Translations under genes and position numbers: made by a program
Part shown: piece after piece, positions 37,845 to 47,251 of the stretch
Layout of the letters: every line of letters begins with the position of its first letter
Numbering within the stretch: the first letter of the stretch is position 1
DNA from: an uncultured Clostridia bacterium
Lineage (GTDB): Bacteria > Bacillota > Clostridia > Peptostreptococcales > Anaerovoracaceae
Assembly (NCBI GenBank): GCA_938045615.1
Contig: CALIBC010000178.1
Span: forward strand, 162,481 to 226,480
Reading direction: 5' to 3'
Length of the DNA stretch: 64,000 nucleotides
The notes under the pieces: model-generated
Seen by the model: only the letters and a program-made list of their open reading frames with translations
Database searches by the model: none
What the model was told of the DNA's origin: nothing

Positions 37845-39068
37845 CTACTGTACGGGCTGCGCCGGCTGTTCAGGCGTGCCGGAAGGTGCCGTTACCTCAA
37901 CGGTGATAGTCTTGGATACCTTTTTCTTGGGATAAGGATTGAAAGTCGTATAGGTCACCTTGTATTTTCCTACTTTATCAAATACATAATTCTGTGCCTG
38001 CTCAAAGGACAAAACCTGCTTGTTGTTGTCCGGTGTCGTTATACTTACGCTCAGGGAAGAAGTCAAATCCCCTGACAGTGCGACAGCAGCAACGTTTTGG
38101 ACAGCGTTGCTTTGATTTTGCTCAAGAGAGTAACTTTTGGCTTTTATCCAAGTCTTGTCATGCACAGAAAAAGAGAAAGTCTTTTTAGTACCTTTTCCGC
38201 CTTCTTTCACCATATACCGATCCCTTATGTAGTAGGTAGCCTTGTATTTGCCTACCTTTTCCGTGCTGAAGCCTTTTACGCTCGTCTTCTTGCCGTTGCG
38301 CATAAGCTTCAAAACTTTAAGACCGTCGCTGATATTCTGGTTGGCATTTGGATTCATGACCTTCACATTGCTTTTGAGGTCGTATTTTTTGCCATAGAAA
38401 GTAATGCGCTTTTTCTTGAAAGTGAATTTGGGCTTGTGCATTCGGAAGATCGGATTTCCCCGCTTTGGATCGGTGGGATCCCAGTTCATCTCCCGCGAAG
38501 ACGGAGAATAAATTTTCTTCGGTCGCCCCAGAGGTCCTTTTTTAGGTGAGGAGAATACGATGATCCCGGTACCGGGATTGCAATGGTCGTATATCCATTT
38601 GGCATCCATTGTGGAAACCCTGATGCAACCGTGGGAACCGCTGTGTCCGAGTCGGTTGAATGCGCTCGAAGATTGTGCAGAGTGGCTGCGCCGATAATAC
38701 CAAACTGAATGAATATATATTTGCGATCTTGCGCTTACAAGAGAAGTGTACTGCTCGTTGGTCTTGTTCTTTTTTTCATCGATCATGGTAAGCCACTTGC
38801 GCTGATAACCAATGCGGAAAGTGCCGGTAGGCGTGGTATGCTTGGGTCTTGCTCCGCTTGTGCAGAGCATTGCGCGCACGGGCTTCCATCTGCCCCCGAC
38901 CGACTTATATGCCGTGACCACGTTGGTGCGAGTGTTGACTTTCAGTAGGTACTTTGAACTCTTTGCAAGGGCGCGATCGCCGGAGAATCCCATAAGCAGG
39001 ATCGTGAGAATAACTGCGACGGCGGTGGCTGCGATATGCCGAAGTAATCTTTTTTCGTTATTGACCAT
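37845..39068 (-). CDS. L,D-transpeptidase (YkuD domain) with C-terminal Ig-like repeats
   Basis: Catalytic motif HSGSHGCIRV, an N-terminal TM anchor and a repeated beta-rich C-terminal half. The start was set at MVNNEK (39068). Confidence 0.85.
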   Translation of the reverse strand: MVNNEKRLLRHIAATAVAVILTILLMGFSGDRALAKSSKYLLKVNTRTNVVTAYKSVGGRWKPVRAMLCTSGARPKHTTPTGTFRIGYQRKWLTMIDEKKNKTNEQYTSLVSARSQIYIHSVWYYRRSHSAQSSSAFNRLGHSGSHGCIRVSTMDAKWIYDHCNPGTGIIVFSSPKKGPLGRPKKIYSPSSREMNWDPTDPKRGNPIFRMHKPKFTFKKKRITFYGKKYDLKSNVKVMNPNANQNISDGLKVLKLMRNGKKTSVKGFSTEKVGKYKATYYIRDRYMVKEGGKGTKKTFSFSVHDKTWIKAKSYSLEQNQSNAVQNVAAVALSGDLTSSLSVSITTPDNNKQVLSFEQAQNYVFDKVGKYKVTYTTFNPYPKKKVSKTITVEVTAPSGTPEQPAQPVQ

Positions 39069-39390
39069 ATTTTTTACCGGTGCGGCGAATGCAAGAGGAA
39101 TCCGCCACACTTCCTTTCTCTAATAAATAATTCTTTGTAAACGGTGACTGATCGATAAACCCGACAGGAGTCATCGCTGCCCGGAATGAACGTCACGTTA
39201 ATTAAGCCCCATTATAGCACGTAAAGCTTCGTAAATGATAGTACTTCTTCACAACCAGTGAATTAAAACCTACAATAGGATACTTGCAATTGTATTCTCC
39301 GCATAAAAAAACAAAATGTAACCATATTGGTTGCAAATGCGCATTCTACATCGGAAGTTAACAGCAATTATATAAATAGAGGAGGGCAAT

Positions 39391-40022
39391 ATGCATATCA
39401 ATCAACTTAAACGCAAATTATTGGCACTTATGATTATAGTGAGTATAGCTATTTTTGTAATAGTGTTATGGACTGTTGCGAATACAAGCAATAGATCAAA
39501 CGGTGAGAATGGTAGCATGAGTATTGAAGAAATCGTCCGAATTCAAAAAAACAAGGTGATATCCTTTCTAAAAAAGGACAAAATTATTTATATACGCACT
39601 TTGCAATTCAAGAAGAATATGCCAAAGTGCGAGGTATAAAGACAACCGACGATCAGATGACAAAAGATCTTGTGCAACTGGAAGCGCTTTTTTGGTATGC
39701 AAAAAAGAATGGAATCGAACCTAGCGACAAAGACATCGAAAGATATATGAGTAAGTTGTTGAAAGACGTTAAAGACTCCAAGGAATATGATGAATTTCAG
39801 AAGGCAGCAAAGAAATATGGCACAACATATGAACAAATCTTGATGAACAATATGGAAGCCTATCGGATAACTCAAACCATAGAAAGCGTGTATGAACAAT
39901 TCCTGACAGGATATCGTGATGCCGGTAAATTGACGGAAGAAGAACGAGAAAAAAGAGATAAGATGATTAAAGAGGAATGGGACAAGTATGTTAAAAAAAT
40001 TGATTTATTTTCCAAACAGTAA
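39391..40022 (+). pseudogene. Membrane-anchored SurA-N/PrsA-like chaperone-type gene split by a 1-nt frameshift in an A7 tract (ORFs 39391-39639 and 39627-40022)
   Basis: The second frame is open back to 39528 and reads sensibly (KKQGDILSKKGQNYLYTHFAIQEEYAKVRGIK...). The frames meet at A7 (39545-39551), and one extra A would give a single ORF of about 210 aa. Confidence 0.6.
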
Positions 40023-40242
40023 CTTTTGAAAACCACTTAATTCAACTGTAAAAGAATTCGTTTTTGATTCTCACAAACAGTCTTTTACAGGTAGCGTTAA
40101 CCGGGAAACAGCTTTTTTAGACAGTGACCCGGTTATTTCCGTTCGTCCATAGCATGGGAAATCAGCAGTAGAAAAAAATTTGTGAAAAAGGTATAATAAA
40201 CAACGGAGCTTGAAAATGAACAAGGCTCCGGTTTCGGATGCA

Positions 40243-40266
40243 GACATGTCCGCCATGTCGTTTTTT
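40243..40266 (+). terminator. Weak terminator-like hairpin in the hutH leader
   Basis: GACATG-tccgc-CATGTC followed by G-T6, 66 nt upstream of the hutH ATG. Confidence 0.35.
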
Positions 40267-40331
40267 CCGTGCAATGGGTCTTAGGACAGAAAACGGGTCA
40301 TGCCCGTAGAATTTATAAAAAGGAGTCTATT

Positions 40332-41873
40332 ATGGCGGTAGTTATCAATGGAAGAGATTTAAAGATTGAAGAAGTTATTCGCGTGTGCAGAGAAATGGAG
40401 AGGGTCGAAATTGCGCCGGAAGCGAAAGAGGCGGTCAACAAGGCCAGATCGTATATAGATAAAAAACTTGAGGAGGGTGCGATTATTTATGGGCTCACCA
40501 CGGGTTTTGGCAAATTTGCAAACGTGTTCATAGACAAGGAGCAGACGGCGGAATTGCAGGAAAATCTGATAATAAGCCATACGTGCGGTATGGGGGAACC
40601 ATACGAGCAGAAGTTTGTCAGGGCGGCGATGCTCCTGAGATGCAATGCGTTGTCGAGAGGAAATTCGGGTATAAGACTTTCCACAATACAGACGATGGTG
40701 GACATGCTCAATGCTGGTATACATCCCGTCGTTCCGTGCAAGGGGAGTCTGGGAGCCTCGGGTGATTTGGCACCGCTTTCTTTTATAGCTCTGGGGCTTA
40801 TCGGCCGAGGTGATGTAGAATACAAAGGAAAGATCGTATCTGCCAAGGATGCTCTGGAACAAGAGGGCATCACGCCGGTCAAGCTTGTCGCAAAAGAAGG
40901 TTTGGCGCTCAACAACGGAACGCAGATGATGACGGCAGTAGGGGTCAATGTACTTTGGGATGCGATGCACCTTGCCAAAATTGCGGATATTGCCGGAGCA
41001 TTGACATCGGAGGCGCTTCACGGAATCACGAAAGCATATGATCATAAGATACATAGACTCAGGGGTCATAGGGGTCAGATGGATGTTGCGGAAAATTTAC
41101 TGAAGCTTCTTGAAGGAAGCGGGAACGCAAAGCGCAAGCAGCAGACAAAGGTGCAGGATCCTTACACACTCAGATGCATACCGCAGATACACGGAGCAAG
41201 CAGAGATGCTTTCAAATATGTGTATGACGCGGTATCCAAGGAGATCAATGCGGTTACGGATAACCCTATAGTGTTTCCGGAAGATGACGATGTTATCTCC
41301 GGAGGGAATTTTCACGGGCAGCCGATGGCACTTGCATTTGACTTTTTGAAAATCGCAATTTCCGAGCTTGCCAACGTGTCGGAGCGAAGGGCGGAAAGAC
41401 TTATAAACCCTGCGCTGGCAGAAGGTTTGCCAGGATTTTTGACAAAACATGCAGGGATCTGCTCCGGATTTATGATCGCTCAGTATGCGGCGGCGTCGAT
41501 GGTTTCAGAAAATAAGGTGTATGACCATCCGGCAAGCGTCGACTCGATTCCATCGTCGGGAAATCAGGAAGACCATGTGTCCATGGGAACAACATCCGCC
41601 AGAACCGCGGCGATGGTATTGGACAATGCCCAAAAAGTCATAGGAATAGAAATAGCGGCAGCCGCACAGGGCATCTGGCTTCGTGAAGAGATAGGCGAAA
41701 GCGGAATAGAGAAGCTTGCGCCGGCGACCAAGGCTGCATACAATTTTATCCGCACGAAGTCCCGGCCTATAGAAGAGGATGTGGTGATGCATGAAGAACT
41801 CATTAAGTTCGATGAGATGATCAAAGACGGTTCGCTGCTGAAAGTTGTAGAGGAAATGGTAGAGCTGAATTAG
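40332..41873 (+). CDS. hutH: Histidine ammonia-lyase
   Basis: The MIO-forming GSLGASGDLAPLS motif. The start was set at MAVVINGRDL (40332) after AAAGGAG. Confidence 0.95.
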   Translation: MAVVINGRDLKIEEVIRVCREMERVEIAPEAKEAVNKARSYIDKKLEEGAIIYGLTTGFGKFANVFIDKEQTAELQENLIISHTCGMGEPYEQKFVRAAMLLRCNALSRGNSGIRLSTIQTMVDMLNAGIHPVVPCKGSLGASGDLAPLSFIALGLIGRGDVEYKGKIVSAKDALEQEGITPVKLVAKEGLALNNGTQMMTAVGVNVLWDAMHLAKIADIAGALTSEALHGITKAYDHKIHRLRGHRGQMDVAENLLKLLEGSGNAKRKQQTKVQDPYTLRCIPQIHGASRDAFKYVYDAVSKEINAVTDNPIVFPEDDDVISGGNFHGQPMALAFDFLKIAISELANVSERRAERLINPALAEGLPGFLTKHAGICSGFMIAQYAAASMVSENKVYDHPASVDSIPSSGNQEDHVSMGTTSARTAAMVLDNAQKVIGIEIAAAAQGIWLREEIGESGIEKLAPATKAAYNFIRTKSRPIEEDVVMHEELIKFDEMIKDGSLLKVVEEMVELN

Positions 41874-41940
41874 GGTTTGCCGGAGTGTCTTGAGCATTTC
41901 AGAAAGAGGTTGAAACGCATGTTGAGAAAAGGAGGCAATA

Positions 41941-43968
41941 ATGTTGGACAATAAGGAAATAAAAAATGCAATGACCATTGAGCCGGATTGGGAATATCCT
42001 GATTACCCCGAGTTTGAAAAGGGAATCAGACGCGCGCCCGACAGAGGCTTCAGGCTGAGTGCATCGCAGGCCAAGATAGCGCTGAAGAACGCACTGCGGT
42101 ATGTACCTGAGGAGCTTCATGAGAAACTTGCGCCGGAATTTATGGAAGAGCTTGTGACTTATGGAAGAGTATATGCGTATAGATATAGACCCAAAGGGCG
42201 CATTTACGGAAAACCGGTGGAGGAGTATAAGGGGAAATGCCTTGCCGGAAAGGCTTTTCAGGTGATGATCGACAATAATTTGGATTTTGAAGTGGCTCTT
42301 TATCCGTATGAACTTGTCACGTACGGAGAAACGGGATCGGTTTGCCAGAACTGGCTGCAATACAGATTGATAAAGAAATACCTTGAGGAGCTTACGGAAG
42401 AACAGACCCTTGTGGTTGAATCGGGAAATCCTTTGGGACTTTTTCCATCGAAGCCTGAAGCTCCGCGCGTTATCATCACCAACGCCATGATGGTCGGCGA
42501 GTATGACAATCTTGCGGACTGGGAAGTGGCCGAGGAGATGGGAGTTGCCAACTACGGACAAATGACTGCGGGAGGCTGGATGTACATAGGCCCTCAGGGG
42601 ATCGTTCACGGGACATTCAACACGATTTTGAATGCGGGAAGAAAATTCCTCGGAGTCGGCGAGCAGGAGGATCTTGCAGGGCATGTTTTCGTTTCGTCGG
42701 GTCTTGGCGGTATGAGTGGAGCACAGCCCAAAGCGGCAAACATCGCAAACGCCGTGGGGATATTTGCAGAGGTCGACAAATCGAGGATAGAAACACGCCA
42801 TGACCAAGGATGGGTCGATGTCGTGAAAGATGATCTGAAAGAGGTGTTTGATCTTGCAAAAGAAAAAGTCCGGACAAAAGAGAGCATCTCCATAGCTTAC
42901 CACGGAAATATCGTCGATCTTTTGGAAGAGGCGGTCAAACAGGATTTTCATATAGATTTACTTTCCGATCAGACCTCATGCCACAATGTTTACGATGGCG
43001 GTTATTGTCCTGCCGGAATCAGTTTTGAAGAGAGGACGGAACTTCTGCACAGTGACAGGGAGGAATTCAAGAAACAGGTCGATTTGACATTGAGGCGTCA
43101 CTATGAGGCGATAAAAACCTTGAGCGAGAGGGGAAGTTATTTCTTTGACTATGGAAATTCTTTCATGAAAGCGATGTACGATTCGGGGATCAAGGAGATA
43201 TCAAAGAACGGCATAGACGATAAAGAGGGCTTTATCTGGCCGTCGTACGTTGAAGATATAATGGGGCCTGTCTTGTTTGACTACGGATACGGACCTTTCC
43301 GTTGGGTGTGCCTGTCGGGGAAACCTGAAGATCTGGAAGTCACCGACAAGGCGGCAATGGATACGATAAATCCGCAGCGCAGGGCACAGGACAGGGACAA
43401 CTGGATATGGATCCGCGATGCAAAGAAAAATAAGATGGTCGTGGGAACGCAGGCAAGAATATTGTATCAGGACGCCGAGGGAAGGCGTGATATTGCGCTT
43501 GCTTTCAACAAGCTTGTCAGAGAAGGAAAATGCGGACCGATAATGATGGGAAGAGATCATCATGACGTGTCAGGAACGGACTCTCCGTTTAGAGAAACCT
43601 CCAACATCAAAGATGGTTCCAATGTCATGGCGGACATGGCGATACAATGTTATGCGGGCAATGCGGCTCGCGGGATGTCGCTTTGTGCGCTTCATAACGG
43701 CGGCGGAGTCGGAATAGGTAAATCTGTGAACGGAGGTTTCGGCCTGTTGCTTGACGGTTCAGAGAGAACCGATGAGATCATCAAGTCGGCGATCATGTGG
43801 GACGTTATGGGCGGCGTGGCCAGAAGAAGCTGGGCTCGTAATGAAAATGCGCTTTCGACCGCAGCCGAATATAACAAGAAATATAAAGGGAAGGGTCATA
43901 TTACGCTTCCGTACATTCCGGGACAGAAACTAGTGGATGAAGTGGTGGAGAAATTCATGGATCGTTAG
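41941..43968 (+). CDS. hutU: Urocanate hydratase (long form, 675 aa)
   Basis: GLGGMSGAQPKA NAD-binding region and urocanase motifs (MTAGGWMYIGPQGIVHGT). Follows hutH. Confidence 0.95.
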   Translation: MLDNKEIKNAMTIEPDWEYPDYPEFEKGIRRAPDRGFRLSASQAKIALKNALRYVPEELHEKLAPEFMEELVTYGRVYAYRYRPKGRIYGKPVEEYKGKCLAGKAFQVMIDNNLDFEVALYPYELVTYGETGSVCQNWLQYRLIKKYLEELTEEQTLVVESGNPLGLFPSKPEAPRVIITNAMMVGEYDNLADWEVAEEMGVANYGQMTAGGWMYIGPQGIVHGTFNTILNAGRKFLGVGEQEDLAGHVFVSSGLGGMSGAQPKAANIANAVGIFAEVDKSRIETRHDQGWVDVVKDDLKEVFDLAKEKVRTKESISIAYHGNIVDLLEEAVKQDFHIDLLSDQTSCHNVYDGGYCPAGISFEERTELLHSDREEFKKQVDLTLRRHYEAIKTLSERGSYFFDYGNSFMKAMYDSGIKEISKNGIDDKEGFIWPSYVEDIMGPVLFDYGYGPFRWVCLSGKPEDLEVTDKAAMDTINPQRRAQDRDNWIWIRDAKKNKMVVGTQARILYQDAEGRRDIALAFNKLVREGKCGPIMMGRDHHDVSGTDSPFRETSNIKDGSNVMADMAIQCYAGNAARGMSLCALHNGGGVGIGKSVNGGFGLLLDGSERTDEIIKSAIMWDVMGGVARRSWARNENALSTAAEYNKKYKGKGHITLPYIPGQKLVDEVVEKFMDR

Positions 43969-43994
43969 TGGATAACCGGAAAGGAAGTTATGAA

Positions 43995-45233
43995 ATGCAA
44001 TCTTTACTTATAAAAAACATCGGAATTTTACAGACCCCCGTCGGCAGTTACAGCCACAAAGGCAGCGAGCAGGGAGAAAACCTTAAGCTTAAGGATGCGG
44101 CGATTTTTATAAAAGACGGTGTGATCGAGGAAATTACATCCAATGGAAAATTATCGGGGCAAGCGAACGAAGCAGACGAGGTCATAGATGCAAATTACTC
44201 TTTGGTAACGCCGGGTCTTGTGGACGGACATACGCACATGGTGTTCGGGGGATATCGCCAGCATGAGATTCCCATGAAGCTTAAAGGCGCAACGTATCTG
44301 GATATTTTGCGTGCGGGAGGGGGTATCCTCGACACGGTAAGAAAAACTCGTGCGGCTACAGAACAGGATCTAATATATAAAACCGGCAAATTCGCCGAAG
44401 AGATGATGGCGCATGGAGTCACCACCTGTGAGGCAAAAAGCGGATATGGACTTGATTTTGAGAATGAAATCAAGATGTTGCATGTAATAAAGGCGGTGAA
44501 TGAGACGCGCGATATGGATATAGTCGCAACTTTCATGGGGCCGCATGCCGTTCCCGAAGAATACAAAGGTCGCGGCGACGAGTACATAGATATGATCTGC
44601 GAGAAGGTGTTACCGTATGTCAAAGAAAATGACCTTGCAGAGTATGCGGACGTATTTACCGAGGATTCGGTGTTTGATTATGAACAGAGCCGGAAGTATC
44701 TTGAGTGTGCCCGGAAGTTGGGCTTCAAACTTAAGATTCATGCGGATGAAATAGAAGCGATAGGCGGATCAAAACTTGCGGGAGAAATAGGTGCGGCGAG
44801 CGCAGAACACCTTATTGCAATAAATGAAGAAGGGATTGAGTCGATGGCAAATGCGGGAACCACCGCGATGTGCCTGCCTGCGACATCGTTTTATCTTGGA
44901 GCCGACTACGCGCCGGCAAGAAGGATGGTGGAAGCGGGTATACCTGTGGCTGCCGCAAGCGATTTCAACCCCGGTTCCTGTCCTTCGATGAACCTGCAGT
45001 TTGTGATCAATCTGGCGTGCATCAAGTACAGACTGCTACCGGAAGAAGTCCTGACGGCGGTAACGATCAATCCCGCATGCGCAATCGGCAAGGGGCGAAC
45101 CGTCGGAAGTTTGGAAGTAGGGAAACAAGCGGATATTGTGATTTGGGACGCGCCCGATATGGAAATGCTCTGCTACCGGTTCGGTTCAAATCTTGCGAAA
45201 ACTATAATCAAGAAAGGGAAAGTGATAAAATGA
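43995..45233 (+). CDS. hutI: Imidazolonepropionase
   Basis: Amidohydrolase motifs DGHTHMVFGG, KIHADE and AASDFNPGS. The start was set at ATG 43995 after AAGGAAG. Confidence 0.9.
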   Translation: MQSLLIKNIGILQTPVGSYSHKGSEQGENLKLKDAAIFIKDGVIEEITSNGKLSGQANEADEVIDANYSLVTPGLVDGHTHMVFGGYRQHEIPMKLKGATYLDILRAGGGILDTVRKTRAATEQDLIYKTGKFAEEMMAHGVTTCEAKSGYGLDFENEIKMLHVIKAVNETRDMDIVATFMGPHAVPEEYKGRGDEYIDMICEKVLPYVKENDLAEYADVFTEDSVFDYEQSRKYLECARKLGFKLKIHADEIEAIGGSKLAGEIGAASAEHLIAINEEGIESMANAGTTAMCLPATSFYLGADYAPARRMVEAGIPVAAASDFNPGSCPSMNLQFVINLACIKYRLLPEEVLTAVTINPACAIGKGRTVGSLEVGKQADIVIWDAPDMEMLCYRFGSNLAKTIIKKGKVIK

Positions 45234-45856
45234 AATTGGTTGACATGAAAATAAGGGAGTTTTTGGATGTGCTTAAATCCGATTCACCCGCACCGGGAGG
45301 CGGTTCGGCGAGTGCTCTTTCAGGAGCCCAGGGCTGTGCGCTTCTTATGATGGTTGCGGATCTTACAATCGGAAAAGAGAAGTACAAGGATTTTGAGGAA
45401 GATTGCATGGACGTCAAGGCAAAAGCCTCGGAGTTATACAAAGAATTGACGGCGTCCGTGGACAGAGATACCGAGGCCTTCAACCTTATCTCTTCGGCGT
45501 TCAAATTGCCAAAAGTAACGGAGGAGGAAAAGGCGGCTCGCAAGAAAGCGATTGCCGAAGGAACCCTAACTGCAACCGAGGTTCCGTTCAACACGATGAG
45601 ACTGGGAGTTGAGACACTCAAACTTGTAAAAAGATTGATGGGAAGATCCAACCCCAATTGCTCAAGCGATCTGGGAGTGGGTGCGCTACATCTGAAAGCA
45701 TGCGTTGAGGGTTCGTGGCTGAATGTGAAAATAAACTTGCCCGGTGTGAAGAATGAAGAAAAAGCAGCATATTTTACCAAAGAAGGGCAGTCCATGTACC
45801 AAGAGGCCGAGCAGATGGCTCAAGAATGCTTCGATATGGTTCTAGAAACGCTGTGA
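45230..45856 (+). CDS. Formiminotetrahydrofolate cyclodeaminase (cyclodeaminase/cyclohydrolase family)
   Basis: SDSPAPGGGSASALSGAQG motif. ATGA start/stop overlap with hutI. The long ORF-track entry 44870-45856 is an upstream read-through artefact of this frame. Confidence 0.85.
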   Translation: MKLVDMKIREFLDVLKSDSPAPGGGSASALSGAQGCALLMMVADLTIGKEKYKDFEEDCMDVKAKASELYKELTASVDRDTEAFNLISSAFKLPKVTEEEKAARKKAIAEGTLTATEVPFNTMRLGVETLKLVKRLMGRSNPNCSSDLGVGALHLKACVEGSWLNVKINLPGVKNEEKAAYFTKEGQSMYQEAEQMAQECFDMVLETL

Positions 45857-45964
45857 CTTCGATAAACTATAGAAGAGGCAAGAATAGTGAGATAAGAAAT
45901 AGACAATAGAAACGAAATAGAAACGAAAAAAGTATAGAATATCTGAGGACATAAGGAGGACATA

Positions 45965-46873
45965 ATGGCACAGATCATTGAAAGTATACCGAATATCAGC
46001 GAGGGGAGAAGACCGGAAGTCGTCGAGGCATGTGTGGATGAGATAAGAAACACAGCCGGCTGCACGCTTTTGGATTATTCTTCGGATGAAAGCCACAATC
46101 GCTCAGTCATCACGTATATAGGCGATGCCAAGGCGGTGGAGGAAGCGAGCGTCAAACTCGTGAAGAAAGCGACGGAACTTATAGATTTAACCAAGCATGA
46201 GGGCGAGCATCCGAGAATGGGAGCCGTCGATGTCATGCCGTTTCTGCCGATAAAGGATTGCACGACAGAGGATTGTGTTGAACTTTCCAAGGTAGTAGGA
46301 AAGAGAATCGCAGAAGAAGCGAAGATTCCGGTGTTCCTGTACGAGAGTTCGGCGACAAAACCTGAACGGCAAAATCTGGTCAAGATTCGTAAGGGACAGT
46401 TTGAGGGGATGGCGGAGAAAGTAAAACAAGCCGATTGGGAACCTGATTTTGGCGGTCGCACCATTCATCCCACAGCCGGAGTTATTGCTGTTGGAGCAAG
46501 ACCTCCCCTTGTGGCATTCAACCTTAACCTCGACACGGAGGATGTTGATATAGCTAAAAATATAGCAAAGATCATCCGCGAAAAAGACGGCGGATTTAAA
46601 TGCGTAAAGTCCATGGGTTTTGAGATCGTGGAAGAAGAGAGCGGTAAAAAGTACGCCCAAGTTTCTTGCAACATGACAAATTACGAGCAGACCCCACTCT
46701 ACAGAGTAGTCGAAACGGTCAAATCCGAGGCGGCAAGATATGGAGTTCGCATTATGGAAACAGAGATAATAGGCCTTTGCCCCATGAAAGCACTTTCTGA
46801 TTGCGCTCAATATTATATGCAGATCAACGGCTTTGATTTCCACAAGCAAGTTTTGGAAAATCATATTCTGTAA
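45965..46873 (+). CDS. Glutamate formimidoyltransferase
   Basis: IIESIPNISEGRR N-terminus, HNRSVITYIG and HPRMGAVDVMPF motifs. Confidence 0.9.
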   Translation: MAQIIESIPNISEGRRPEVVEACVDEIRNTAGCTLLDYSSDESHNRSVITYIGDAKAVEEASVKLVKKATELIDLTKHEGEHPRMGAVDVMPFLPIKDCTTEDCVELSKVVGKRIAEEAKIPVFLYESSATKPERQNLVKIRKGQFEGMAEKVKQADWEPDFGGRTIHPTAGVIAVGARPPLVAFNLNLDTEDVDIAKNIAKIIREKDGGFKCVKSMGFEIVEEESGKKYAQVSCNMTNYEQTPLYRVVETVKSEAARYGVRIMETEIIGLCPMKALSDCAQYYMQINGFDFHKQVLENHIL

Positions 46874-46927
46874 CTTTTACGGCAGGAAAAAGCGGTCAAC
46901 ATACAGATTTTAAGAAGAAGCCGAAAA

Positions 46928-46964
46928 AGGAAGAATCCCCCGCCAAAGACGGGGGATTCTTCCT
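46928..46964. terminator. Perfect 15-bp hairpin (AGGAAGAATCCCCCG / CGGGGGATTCTTCCT, 7-nt loop)
   Basis: Counted from the sequence. The U-run is on the minus-strand side only (complement of A5 at 46924-46928). It probably terminates one or both convergent units. Confidence 0.55.
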
Positions 46965-47251
46965 GAAAGTGTGTGTATTCAATAAAAGAAGGAAAGTTGG
47001 TATTTAGATACCAAACTCTTTTACACTGTCAGTATAATACCGAAATGTGATGAGTGCGTGAAGAAACAAAACTTATTTGAAAAAGTTGTCGTTGTTTTTA
47101 AAATGTCAGACAATTGCCTCTCTCACGTCGCCCCCGGGCTCACCTGACACTCCGAATTCGTGCTTCCACCCGGTCGATAATCATGCGCCCGGCATTTCCG
47201 CCACAGGTTTGCGGGGCTTGCGACAACCGCATACCTGCGACAGTCTGCGCA

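Noticed and set aside
41899-42951. A 350-aa ORF antisense to hutU. Similar long antisense ORFs occur at 5094-5795, 2053-2688, 17473-18087, 26567-27277, 40359-41069, 45208-45795, 46187-46864, 56356-56976 and 57057-57731.
   Set aside because: Each lies entirely opposite a confidently identified gene. Their composition is low-complexity and odd (Ser/Leu/Phe/Arg-rich), they have no RBS and no recognisable motifs. They are typical shadow ORFs of the sense gene's codon usage.
44870-45229. Upstream 120 codons of the ORF-track entry 44870-45856, overlapping hutI in another frame.
   Set aside because: The translation there is Arg/Gly-rich nonsense. The cyclodeaminase family sequence begins at MKLVDMKIREFL (ATG 45230), which overlaps the hutI stop as ATGA.
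47100-47250. Possible cobalamin riboswitch, considered because DUF4430 is B12-associated and the segment contains CCGCCACAGG, which resembles the B12-box core GCCACTG.
   Set aside because: The orientation and position are wrong. On the minus strand it is downstream of the gene, and on the + strand no gene follows. I also could not find the other conserved cobalamin-riboswitch blocks. It is kept only as an unexplained structured element.
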